From an uncultured Bacilli bacterium (GTDB taxonomy: Bacteria > Bacillota_I > Bacilli_A > RF39 > UBA660), in NCBI GenBank assembly GCA_947625535.1, contig CANQOR010000002.1:9507-73506 (forward strand): a stretch of DNA of 64,000 nt. The letters are read 5' to 3'. The number at the start of each line of letters is the position of its first letter. The stretch's first letter is position 1. The notes beneath the pieces are model-generated. The model was not told the DNA's origin. It searched no databases and worked only from the letters and a program-made list of their open reading frames with translations. The position numbers and the translations under genes were made by a program. Below, in pieces: positions 18,932 to 27,879 of this stretch.

Positions 18932-19729
18932 ATGGGAAATTTACTTGTACCTTTTAAAAAGTTTTTAAGTAATAAAAATACAATTACAATATTAGGTGTT
19001 TTAGTTGGCTTAGTAGTTTTATATTTAGGTTATACTTGGAGAGTTAATCAATCTATTCAACCAACTTCTATTCCTTATTGTAATAAAACATTATTGCAAA
19101 AGACAAAAATAACTGATGAAGATATTTCTTATGCTGACGTACCAAAAGATTTACTTGATAATATGGATAATGTTATAACAAATGTTGATCAAATAGTAGG
19201 TAAATTAGTATCTTATGATGCTAAAATTCCGCAAAATAGTTTCTTTTATAAAGAAAGTATGATTAAGGAAGAGGAAATGCCTAATTCAATATTTTCTAGT
19301 ATTCCAGATGGTTATACTATTTATGATTTAAACGTTGATAACAAAAAGACTTATGCAAATTCTATAATGCCTGATACTACTATAGACTTATATTTAAAAT
19401 CAGAGTCTGAAGAAGGTCTATTAATGTATGGACGTTTAATTAAAGAAATTAGGGTACTAGCAGCAAGAGATAATAGTGGTAATAATGCTTTTGCAGATAA
19501 GGATAATCCTATAGAAACAACTCACTTATTGTTTGCTGTTCCTGAAAATTTATTCTTATTATTAAAGAAAGCTGAAAATTTAGGTATTACAATTGAGCCT
19601 GTACCTAGAAATGATAATTATACAAATAATGCTACAGCAACTGAATTAACAAATGAAGAATTACAATTACATATTATAAGTCAAACTTACCAATTGTCTA
19701 ATGAGTGTGTAGATTTAACTATTTGTTAA
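18932..19729 (+). CDS. cpaB: CpaB/RcpC-like Flp pilus assembly protein (SAF-domain type)
   Basis: N-terminal TM helix, then a SAF-like segment and IPDGYTIYDLNVDNKKTYANSIMPDTTIDLYL, which matches the CpaB pattern ip.G.ra.s..vd.....g.i.PGd.vDv. Confidence 0.65.
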   Translation: MGNLLVPFKKFLSNKNTITILGVLVGLVVLYLGYTWRVNQSIQPTSIPYCNKTLLQKTKITDEDISYADVPKDLLDNMDNVITNVDQIVGKLVSYDAKIPQNSFFYKESMIKEEEMPNSIFSSIPDGYTIYDLNVDNKKTYANSIMPDTTIDLYLKSESEEGLLMYGRLIKEIRVLAARDNSGNNAFADKDNPIETTHLLFAVPENLFLLLKKAENLGITIEPVPRNDNYTNNATATELTNEELQLHIISQTYQLSNECVDLTIC

Positions 19730-19756
19730 TTTATAAAAGAAAAAGAGGGTGTTTTT

Positions 19757-21244
19757 ATGAACGAGAAGAATATATTCTCTCAGATGGACTTTGGACCATT
19801 GTCTGAGTTTCTTGAAGATGATGACGTTACCGATATTTCTTATAGTAACAGTGGTCAAGTTTGGTTAAAAACATTATCAAGAGGTGTTTATCAAGTTGAA
19901 AGACCTGATATAAACAATCCTTTTATGGAAAAGTTAGCGTTCCAATGTGCGAATGTTATGGGACGTACTTTCAATATGGCACATCCATTTTTGGACTCAG
20001 AAAGTGCCGAATTACGTATGAACTTTGTACACGATTCCATTGCTACCAATGGAATCGCGTGTTTGATACGTAAAACTCCTGCTAAAATTCGTTTAAATAA
20101 AGATAAATTATTAAATGAACAATATATTACTGAACAAATGCATGATTTTTTAATTAAATGTGTTTGGGGACATTGCAATATCTTAATTGCAGGAGAGACT
20201 GGTTCTGGTAAAACAGAACTTGTTAAGTATTTGGCTAGTAATACTAAAGAAGATGAAAAAATCATATCTATTGAGGATACTTTGGAACTTCACTTAGATA
20301 AGATTTTCCCTCATCGTGATATTGTGGCAATGAAAACTAATAATATAGCTTCTTATACAGATGCGTTAGTAGCCTGCATGAGACAGAACCCTATATGGAT
20401 ATTACTTGCCGAGGTTCGTTCAGCAGAAGCAGTTATGGCAGTTCGTAACTCTATTTCTTCTGGACACCATATTATTTCAACTATCCACGCCGATAAAGCA
20501 TCAAGTATCCCAATGCGTATGTACGCGTTACTTGAAGGTAGTCAAGATATTGAACAATATTTATCTTCAATTCATAGATATGTTCAAATTGGAATTTACG
20601 TTAAAGGTTATTATTCAAAAGCCTTAGGAAGATTCCAACGTGAAATTATGGAAGTTTGTGAATTCTATGTTGATGATGAAACTAATAGACCTAAGTCTAA
20701 TATGTTATATTCTAAAACATTAGATGGTAGAGTTACATTACATAATCCTACTAAGAAGTTAATAGATTATTTAGCAATAGGTAATGTTTATTTTGACACC
20801 GATGATATTTTCGGTTTGGGTGATGCTGACTCTAAAGAAGATTTATCTAATTTAAGAGATAGTTCAGCTGATAATTTTGCTAATAAAGAAACAAAAAATA
20901 AATTAATCGATGCACTAAATAACGGAACTCCTGCTTCGGAAGCAACTACTAGTAGTGAAGGAGACATTGAGTCATTGGAGGAAACTCCTGCAGAAGCTTC
21001 TACGCCTGCACAAACTCCAGCAGTAACACCAGCGCCACAACCAGTGGCACAAAGTAGTGTTGCTACTCCAGCTCCTACACAGACAGTTGCACCTGCTGCC
21101 CCTGCACCAGCTACAACTGCTGCTCCTAAAGCGACAGAGACTCCAACACCTAGTATTTTCCCGACTATTTCTGTACCTACACAGCAGGCTGGTGGTCCTA
21201 CAGGTATTCCAACTCAAGTTGCTTCGACGAATGATGTATTATAA
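19757..21244 (+). CDS. tadA: CpaF/TadA-type secretion ATPase (VirB11/T2SSE superfamily) with a Pro/Ala/Thr-rich C-terminal tail
   Basis: Walker A GETGSGKTE, Walker B-like ILLAEVR, and a His box region STIHAD. The tail after about aa 390 is low-complexity P/A/T. Confidence 0.85.
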   Translation: MNEKNIFSQMDFGPLSEFLEDDDVTDISYSNSGQVWLKTLSRGVYQVERPDINNPFMEKLAFQCANVMGRTFNMAHPFLDSESAELRMNFVHDSIATNGIACLIRKTPAKIRLNKDKLLNEQYITEQMHDFLIKCVWGHCNILIAGETGSGKTELVKYLASNTKEDEKIISIEDTLELHLDKIFPHRDIVAMKTNNIASYTDALVACMRQNPIWILLAEVRSAEAVMAVRNSISSGHHIISTIHADKASSIPMRMYALLEGSQDIEQYLSSIHRYVQIGIYVKGYYSKALGRFQREIMEVCEFYVDDETNRPKSNMLYSKTLDGRVTLHNPTKKLIDYLAIGNVYFDTDDIFGLGDADSKEDLSNLRDSSADNFANKETKNKLIDALNNGTPASEATTSSEGDIESLEETPAEASTPAQTPAVTPAPQPVAQSSVATPAPTQTVAPAAPAPATTAAPKATETPTPSIFPTISVPTQQAGGPTGIPTQVASTNDVL

Positions 21245-21259
21245 TAAGAAGGTGATAAT

Positions 21260-22153
21260 GTGGAATTAGTTATATGGTTAGTAATAGCAATCTTTGTTTT
21301 AGCTTATCGATATAATACAGGTGATAATGTTTATAAGTTCTTTGCTGATACTGTTGCTAGTGTTTATAATACATATGCTCCATATAGTTATCGTGAAGTT
21401 AAAGAAAAGACTAAAGAACTTGGATATGAGTATTCCCCAAGGCAGTATGCTATGCAAGTATTATTGATGGGTGGTGCTGCTGCTGGTATTACTTTCTTAT
21501 ATTTTTATAGTATTCCAGTTTCAGTTGTATATACAATTATTGCTGTATGTTTTGTGCCTTATTTAAATTATTTAAGAACACAAAGATTATATAGTGAATA
21601 CTTATTTGAACAAGTACAAGTTTATACAACTAACGTTATTATGGAATTTAATACAACTCAAAGTTTTGTTAAGTCATTAGAAGGTGTTAGAGATTCTGGT
21701 ATCTTACAAGATCCTGTCTTAAGAGATGTAAAAAGAATGATTCAAATGGCTTATGACAATGGTACTATAGATCAATCAATAGAATTCTTTAATCAAGCTT
21801 ATCCATATTATATGGTTAAGAATATGCACCAATTGTTCTTACAAATTACTAAAGAAGGTGCAAGAGATTCAGGAGAAGCTCTTGAACTTATGTCAATGGA
21901 TATAGATGCCTTAGTAGAAGGTGTATACCGTGATAGAATGGATAGACAAACATTCCATAAGAAATTCTTAACATTTGGTATGGCGTTGTTCTTATTAGTT
22001 TTGGTTATGCAACTATTATTTGGTCGTACTGAGTATTTAGCAATGTTAGAAAAAATATATGTAAAATTAATATTACATGCAATTATTATTGTAAATTGCT
22101 TCTTCTTAATTAGTGGTGAAAAATATTATAATGAAGATGTGGGGGTTGAGTAG
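21260..22153 (+). CDS. tadB: TadB-like platform protein (T2SS-F family)
   Basis: GTG start after an AAGGTGA RBS. TM helices flank a helical cytoplasmic domain with the T2SSF-like pattern (…SFVKSLEGVRDSGILQDPVLRDVKRMIQMAYDNG…). Confidence 0.65.
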   Translation: MELVIWLVIAIFVLAYRYNTGDNVYKFFADTVASVYNTYAPYSYREVKEKTKELGYEYSPRQYAMQVLLMGGAAAGITFLYFYSIPVSVVYTIIAVCFVPYLNYLRTQRLYSEYLFEQVQVYTTNVIMEFNTTQSFVKSLEGVRDSGILQDPVLRDVKRMIQMAYDNGTIDQSIEFFNQAYPYYMVKNMHQLFLQITKEGARDSGEALELMSMDIDALVEGVYRDRMDRQTFHKKFLTFGMALFLLVLVMQLLFGRTEYLAMLEKIYVKLILHAIIIVNCFFLISGEKYYNEDVGVE

Positions 22154-22155
22154 TT

Positions 22156-22944
22156 ATGTATTTTGAGGTAATAATTATAGGAATAGTTGCATTTATTGTA
22201 TTAACAGTTAATGGTTATATTAAACCTAATAAATTTATTCAAGATAACCAAGATTTGTTTATGAAACTAAAAGAAGATGATTATGACTTCTTAGTAAGAG
22301 CTAAATATGGTGATGGTCTTGATTCTGATGTTTTATATCAAAAAAGAATTAAAAATGGTTTAATTATTATAATATTAATGATATTTATTATGATATCAAA
22401 TTTAACATTAGTTAAAATAGTATTAGCTTGTGTTGCTGGATATGGAATGTTTAAGTTAGATTATTTAAACTTAAAAAAATTCTATAAAATGCATTTATTA
22501 CAAATAGACTCAATGTTACCTTATTACTTAAAAGGTTTAGAAATATTAATTCAACACTATACTGTTCCAGTTGCTTTAGGTAAATCAATATCTGATGCTC
22601 CTGAAATATTTAGAGAAGGATTAATAGATATGATTAATAAAATAAATGCTGGTGATTCAACTGTTACTCCTTATATGGAATTTGCGCAGATGTATCCAGT
22701 TCGTGATTCAATGCGTATGATGCGTTTGCTTTATCGTTTAAGTTTAGGTCGTCAAGAAAGAAAACAAGAACAATTAATTACTTTCTCTAAGACTATTTCA
22801 AACTTACAACAAAAAGCTCGTGAAACTAGATATAAAGAACGTTTAGACAAGATGGAAAGTAAGACCATGAGTATGCTTGTATGTACAGGTATTGGTGTTA
22901 TGATTCTACTTGTTATAGCAGTTGTTAATATGATAGGTCAATAA
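22156..22944 (+). CDS. tadC: TadC-like platform protein (T2SS-F family)
   Basis: Same architecture as the upstream paralog (…LPYYLKGLEILIQHYTVPVALGKSISDAPEIFREGLIDMINKINAGD…). 2-nt gap after tadB. Confidence 0.65.
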   Translation: MYFEVIIIGIVAFIVLTVNGYIKPNKFIQDNQDLFMKLKEDDYDFLVRAKYGDGLDSDVLYQKRIKNGLIIIILMIFIMISNLTLVKIVLACVAGYGMFKLDYLNLKKFYKMHLLQIDSMLPYYLKGLEILIQHYTVPVALGKSISDAPEIFREGLIDMINKINAGDSTVTPYMEFAQMYPVRDSMRMMRLLYRLSLGRQERKQEQLITFSKTISNLQQKARETRYKERLDKMESKTMSMLVCTGIGVMILLVIAVVNMIGQ

Positions 22945-22947
22945 AAT

Positions 22948-22977
22948 AGGATATTTTTTAAAAAAATATCTTTTTTT
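22948..22977 (+). terminator. AT-rich hairpin + T-run after tadC
   Basis: gatattttt / aaaaatatc stem (22950-22970), followed by TTTTTTT. Confidence 0.45.
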
Positions 22978-23020
22978 ATGTTATAATCATATTAGGACAA
23001 TCCTAGTGGGGGGAAAGTAA

Positions 23021-26000
23021 ATGAAAAAGAAAGTAATTATAATAGGAGCAGGACCAGCCGGTTTAACTGCTGCTTATGAATTATTAAATAAAAATAAAGA
23101 TTATAATGTTACTATTTTAGAAGAAAGTAATTCTATTGGAGGAATTTCTAAAACAGTTAATTATAAAGGAAATAGAATGGATATTGGAGGACATCGCTTT
23201 TTCTCTAAAGAGGCTAGAGTAAATGAGTTTTGGCAGAACATAATGCCAATACAAGGTAAACCTTCTTTTGATGATAAAGAGTTAAAAAGAACGAAAAGTT
23301 TAGTAAAAGGTGGACCTGATCCTGAAAAAGAAGATAATGTCTTTTTAATTAGAAATAGAGTTTCAAGAATTTTTTATTTGAAAAAGTTTTTTGATTATCC
23401 AATTAGTATGAAATTACAAACTTTTAAAAATTTAGGACTTGTAAGAACTATTAAAAGTGGTTTTAGTTACTTAAAAAGTATATTTATAAAAAAGAAGGAA
23501 GATTCGTTAGAAAACTTCTATATAAATCGTTTTGGTAAAGAATTATATTCTACTTTTTTTGAAAAATATACGGAAAAGCTATGGGGAAGACATCCTAAAC
23601 AAATATCTGCTGATTGGGGTGCTCAAAGAGTTAAAGGTTTATCAATAATTGCGGTATTAAAAGATTCATTTGGTAAATTGTTTCATAGAAAAAGTAAAAC
23701 TAAAGAAACATCTTTAATAGAAGAATATATTTATCCTAAATATGGACCTGGTGAATTTTGGGAAATTGTAGCTGATGATGTTACTAAGATGGGTGGAAAA
23801 ATTCTTAAAAATCATCAAGTGGTACATATTAATAATGATAATAATGTTATTAACTCAGTTACGTGTTTAGTTAATGGCAAAGAAAAAGAAATAAAAGGTG
23901 ATATTTTTATTTCTAGTATGCCAATTAAAGACTTAATATGTGATATGAATAAAGTACCTAAAGATATTCATAAAATTGCTAAAGGTTTACCATATCGTGA
24001 TTTTGTTACTATTGGTGTTTTAGTTAAGAAATTAAATTTAAAGAATGAAACGGATATTAAGACTTTAAATAATATAATTCCTGATTGTTGGATATATGTT
24101 CAAGAACCAAATGTTAAGTTAGGTAGAATACAAGTATTTAATAACTGGAGTCCATATATGGTAGAAAAACCTAAAGATACATTATGGATAGGTTTAGAAT
24201 ATTTTTGTAATGAAAATGATAAGTTTTGGAATATGAGTGATAAAGAAGCTAGTGAATTTGCGATAAGCGAATTAGAAAAAATGGGAATTGTTAATAAAGA
24301 TGATGTTATTGACACTCATCGTGAAAAAGTTAAAAAAGCTTATCCAGCTTATTTTGATACTTATACAGAAATAGATAAAGTAATAGAATATTTAAATAAA
24401 TATGATAATTTATATTGTATAGGTCGTAATGGACAACATCGATATAATAATATGGATCATTCAATGATGACAGGAATGAAAGCTGCTGATTGTATTATAA
24501 ATAATGATACAAATAAAGATGAAATTTGGAATGTTAATACTGAACAAGAATTTCATGAAGAAGTTAATAGTGATAAAAAAAGTAAATTTATAGATAAAAT
24601 TAAAAATATTAAAATTAATAAATGGGTTTTAATGTTATTAGTAACTGCTGTTATTATGGTATGGTGGGGCTTATTTAGTTATTGGCATATTGATAACGAT
24701 TCGTGGTTTTTACTATCTCATGGAAGATATGTTTTTGAACATGGACTTCCAACGATAGAACCTCTTACAATGCATGAAAATTTAAATTTTATAATGCAAC
24801 AATGGTTATTCTGTGTATGTCTTTATTGGGCATTTGTTCATCTTGGTAAATTTTTCTTATTTGCTTTTACAATAGGATTTAGTTTTATTTTATTATTTTT
24901 CTTTTATAAAATGTGTATGTTGGTTAGCAATAAGAATTATATTATTTCTTTTGTAATGTCTTTTATAATGTTATTTTTATTAATGACAAATAAATTTATT
25001 GTTACTAGACCACAAACATTTACTTTCTTGTTTTTGTTCTTGGTAGTTTATGTTGTAGAATTATTTAGAAAAAAGGGAAACTTTAAAGTATTATTTTGGT
25101 TACCTGTTTTATCTGTTATTATGATTAATTTTCATGCATCTATGTGGTGGTTTATGTATATTTTTATGTTACCTTTTATAGCAGAAGGAATGTATGAAAA
25201 ATTGATCTTGAAGAAAAAAAATGTATATGATTATAGATGGCTCATTATAATTTGGTTATTTATGTTTTTAGCAGGATTTATTAATCCCTACGGGGTTAAA
25301 GCTATTAATTATTTTGTTTCATCTTATTCTGGATTAGCTACTGATATTATACTTGAAATGAGACCTATACTTATATTTAATAGTATGGGAATAGAAACTA
25401 TTTTATTATTAGCAATTTATGTTATTGTGTGTATGTTACATTATAGTAAATATAAGGAATTTAAAGTTAGTTATTTTACAATGCTATTTGGTTGTGTTGT
25501 TTTATCTTTAATGGCAAGAAAAAGTTTTCCATATTTAGCAATGTTTTCTGTTTATCCATTAGCTTATTATGGTAAAGATTTATTTAGAAATAATTGTATG
25601 GAAAAAGCAAATATTATTCCACCAAAAATAATTGGTAAACTATTAGTTATAGTAGTTTTAGTAAGTTTAATTGGTTTAGATATTTATTGTGGAAAACAAT
25701 TAATTAAAAATACATCACATTATTATATTGAGGAAGGTGTAGATAAACTTTTAGAAAAATATGATCCTAAGACAATGAAAGTTTATTGTAATTATGATAG
25801 TGGTGGATATCTTGAATGGAGAGGTATTAAACCATTTATTGATACGAGGGCAGAAGTATTTTATCCTCAAATGAATGGTGGTTATAATATTTTTGAAAAT
25901 TATTGGACTGTTCAAATAGGAACGGGAAATGTAAATGAATTTTTAAAATTATATGATTTTACTCATTTGGTAGTTTTATACTATGATAAATTATATGCTT

Positions 26001-26086
26001 ATGATGAATTTGATGGTTATGAACTCTTTTATGAAAAAGAGGGAGGGTATAAAATATACGTTAAGAGTGATTTAAATAGTGAGTAA
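23021..26086 (+). CDS. fusion protein: N-terminal FAD/NAD(P)-binding oxidoreductase domain + C-terminal polytopic membrane domain (GT-C-like glycosyltransferase candidate)
   Basis: Dinucleotide-binding motif [17 protein letters not shown] and GGHRFF. From about aa 535 there are ten or more TM helices with an acidic first-loop motif (HIDNDSW), then a roughly 150-aa soluble C-terminal domain. Confidence 0.6.
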   Translation: MKKKVIIIGAGPAGLTAAYELLNKNKDYNVTILEESNSIGGISKTVNYKGNRMDIGGHRFFSKEARVNEFWQNIMPIQGKPSFDDKELKRTKSLVKGGPDPEKEDNVFLIRNRVSRIFYLKKFFDYPISMKLQTFKNLGLVRTIKSGFSYLKSIFIKKKEDSLENFYINRFGKELYSTFFEKYTEKLWGRHPKQISADWGAQRVKGLSIIAVLKDSFGKLFHRKSKTKETSLIEEYIYPKYGPGEFWEIVADDVTKMGGKILKNHQVVHINNDNNVINSVTCLVNGKEKEIKGDIFISSMPIKDLICDMNKVPKDIHKIAKGLPYRDFVTIGVLVKKLNLKNETDIKTLNNIIPDCWIYVQEPNVKLGRIQVFNNWSPYMVEKPKDTLWIGLEYFCNENDKFWNMSDKEASEFAISELEKMGIVNKDDVIDTHREKVKKAYPAYFDTYTEIDKVIEYLNKYDNLYCIGRNGQHRYNNMDHSMMTGMKAADCIINNDTNKDEIWNVNTEQEFHEEVNSDKKSKFIDKIKNIKINKWVLMLLVTAVIMVWWGLFSYWHIDNDSWFLLSHGRYVFEHGLPTIEPLTMHENLNFIMQQWLFCVCLYWAFVHLGKFFLFAFTIGFSFILLFFFYKMCMLVSNKNYIISFVMSFIMLFLLMTNKFIVTRPQTFTFLFLFLVVYVVELFRKKGNFKVLFWLPVLSVIMINFHASMWWFMYIFMLPFIAEGMYEKLILKKKNVYDYRWLIIIWLFMFLAGFINPYGVKAINYFVSSYSGLATDIILEMRPILIFNSMGIETILLLAIYVIVCMLHYSKYKEFKVSYFTMLFGCVVLSLMARKSFPYLAMFSVYPLAYYGKDLFRNNCMEKANIIPPKIIGKLLVIVVLVSLIGLDIYCGKQLIKNTSHYYIEEGVDKLLEKYDPKTMKVYCNYDSGGYLEWRGIKPFIDTRAEVFYPQMNGGYNIFENYWTVQIGTGNVNEFLKLYDFTHLVVLYYDKLYAYDEFDGYELFYEKEGGYKIYVKSDLNSE

Positions 26087-26171
26087 AATTGTATGTAAAA
26101 GGTATTGAATAACAAAAAAATAAGTGATATACTTTTTATATAATATGAAAATAGAAAGGATGATTTAATAA

Positions 26172-26441
26172 ATGAAGGAAGCTACAGGTGAATTAAACTT
26201 AACTGTTATTACAGTTGTTGCTATTGCAGCAATTGCAGCGTTAGTTACAATATTTATTTACCCTCAAATCCAAGCTAACATTATGATTTCTACAGCTTGT
26301 ACTAACCTTGATGCAAAAGGTAATTATACATCATTAGATGATAATGGTACTGCTTCTAATAATAATGTTTCTTGTACTAATTTCAATTGTACTGCAAAAT
26401 ATAATGGTCATACATATACTAGAACATGTTCTGGTGCATAG
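26172..26441 (+). CDS. small pilin-like protein (major pilin candidate 1)
   Basis: 89 aa. MKEATGEL + 22-residue hydrophobic helix + Cys-rich globular tail. AAAGGA RBS. Confidence 0.55.
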   Translation: MKEATGELNLTVITVVAIAAIAALVTIFIYPQIQANIMISTACTNLDAKGNYTSLDDNGTASNNNVSCTNFNCTAKYNGHTYTRTCSGA

Positions 26442-26466
26442 AAATAAATTTTGAGGTGATTAATTA

Positions 26467-26712
26467 ATGAAAGAAGCTACAGGTGAATTAACAGGATCTG
26501 TAATTGTTGTATCAGTCGTTGCTTTGCTTACGGCTTTTTTCTTTATGTTCGTTTGGCCAAATGTAAAAGACAATATGAATGATAGGGCACGATGTGCAGA
26601 TGCTCTTTGTGATAATGGTTACAATAGCAATGGCATGGCATATTGTAAGGTACCAGATGATTCTGATAATCCTGATGATACCCCAATATTTGAATGCCCT
26701 TTTAGAGGGTAG
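26467..26712 (+). CDS. small pilin-like protein (major pilin candidate 2)
   Basis: 81 aa with an identical MKEATGEL N-terminus, a hydrophobic helix and 4 Cys in the tail. GAGGTG RBS. Confidence 0.55.
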   Translation: MKEATGELTGSVIVVSVVALLTAFFFMFVWPNVKDNMNDRARCADALCDNGYNSNGMAYCKVPDDSDNPDDTPIFECPFRG

Positions 26713-26720
26713 GTGTTATT

Positions 26721-27239
26721 GTGAAAGAAGCAATAGGTGGTACTTGGATTATGGGTGTTGTTATAGCGTTTTTAGCGCTATTTACAACATTTGTTAGTGT
26801 TACAACTAATTATTCAAGATGTTATAAAATTAAAGATGAAGTTTTACTAACTATTGAAAGGAATCATGGTTTAAATAAAGATTCTATTGAAGCAATAAAC
26901 TCTTATTTAAGTAGTTTAGGATATTCTGCTACAGGAAAATGTCCTGATGATGGATGTTGGTATAGGTTCTCTACTAGTTCTAGTACAGCAGTAAATTCTT
27001 CTAATAAAGTAAATTATTGCGTACAAAAACATACTGTAACAGAGAGATATCGTGCTGGAGATGAAGTCTATGTTACGGGACCTATAGGTCATCCTGAGTC
27101 TGCTTATTATGAAGCAGTTATATTCTTTAGATTAGAATGGCCTATTTTAAATACTTTATTTAACATAAAAATAAGTGGTGAAACACCGATTATCTTTATG
27201 CTTAAGGATGATGCTATTGAGCATGCTAATTGTAAGTAG
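26721..27239 (+). CDS. pilin-like (minor pilin / TadE-F-like) protein
   Basis: GTG start. MKEAIGGTW + TM helix. Shares YSR(C/S)(Y/F)KIK(D/N)EVL with the next ORF. Confidence 0.45.
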   Translation: MKEAIGGTWIMGVVIAFLALFTTFVSVTTNYSRCYKIKDEVLLTIERNHGLNKDSIEAINSYLSSLGYSATGKCPDDGCWYRFSTSSSTAVNSSNKVNYCVQKHTVTERYRAGDEVYVTGPIGHPESAYYEAVIFFRLEWPILNTLFNIKISGETPIIFMLKDDAIEHANCK

Positions 27240-27249
27240 GTGATAAAGA

Positions 27250-27861
27250 ATGAAAAATGGGATAGTAAATGTCTGGTTATGGGGACTTATTATTGTATTT
27301 ATCGGTTTTTTCTCTGCTTATATAATTATTACTCTAGAATATTCTAGGTCTTTTAAAATAAAAAATGAAGTCTTAACGATTATTGAGAAAAATAAAGGGG
27401 TTACTAGAACTGATAAAAGAAATAGAAGTGGTGTCTCAAAAATTTCAACGGGAGCCACAATAACTACTAATGTTAATACTATACAAACTATTAATCTATA
27501 TTTATTAGGTAGCGGTTATACTGCTAAAGGACAATGTCCACTAGATGAATATGGTGGTATTTGGTATGGTGTTAAAGATTTAGGTAAGTATAATGATCCA
27601 GCAAATGATATAGTAAAAATTACTTCTAGTACGGTTAAAGATAAATATTATTACTGCTTTTCAAAATATAATGCTAATTTAAAGGGCGGTATGTATAAAG
27701 CTGTTTATTATAGAGTTGTTTTATTCTATAAGTTTGAAGTTCCAGCTTTATCTGAGTTCTTATCTGTTCGTGTTGATGGATTAACTGATGAAGTATATGA
27801 TCCACAAGATGAAAGTCAAATTGAAGAAAGTACAGCAAAGGTATATAAAAAGATTCCATAA
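27250..27861 (+). CDS. pilin-like (minor pilin / TadE-F-like) protein, paralog of 26721
   Basis: MKNGIVNVW + TM helix + EYSRSFKIKNEVL. Confidence 0.45.
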   Translation: MKNGIVNVWLWGLIIVFIGFFSAYIIITLEYSRSFKIKNEVLTIIEKNKGVTRTDKRNRSGVSKISTGATITTNVNTIQTINLYLLGSGYTAKGQCPLDEYGGIWYGVKDLGKYNDPANDIVKITSSTVKDKYYYCFSKYNANLKGGMYKAVYYRVVLFYKFEVPALSEFLSVRVDGLTDEVYDPQDESQIEESTAKVYKKIP

Positions 27862-27879
27862 AAAGGGAGATAGTGTTTT

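Noticed and set aside
19891-20265. 124-aa minus-strand ORF
   Set aside because: It lies entirely antisense within the well-supported TadA/CpaF ATPase gene.
20972-21269. Alternate-frame ORFs (20972-21217 minus, 21057-21269 plus) in the P/A/T-rich region
   Set aside because: They are artefacts of a locally GC-rich, stop-poor low-complexity tract at the 3' end of tadA.
26172-26441. N-x-S/T sequon enrichment in the first pilin as evidence for N-glycosylation
   Set aside because: Asn, Ser and Thr are abundant in this AT-rich genome, and the second pilin has no sequon. It is mentioned only as a weak hint under the GT-C-like fusion finding.
26579-26797. 72-aa ORF spanning the junction of pilin genes
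   Set aside because: It is out of frame with, and overlaps, two better-supported pilin-like genes that have clear RBSs.
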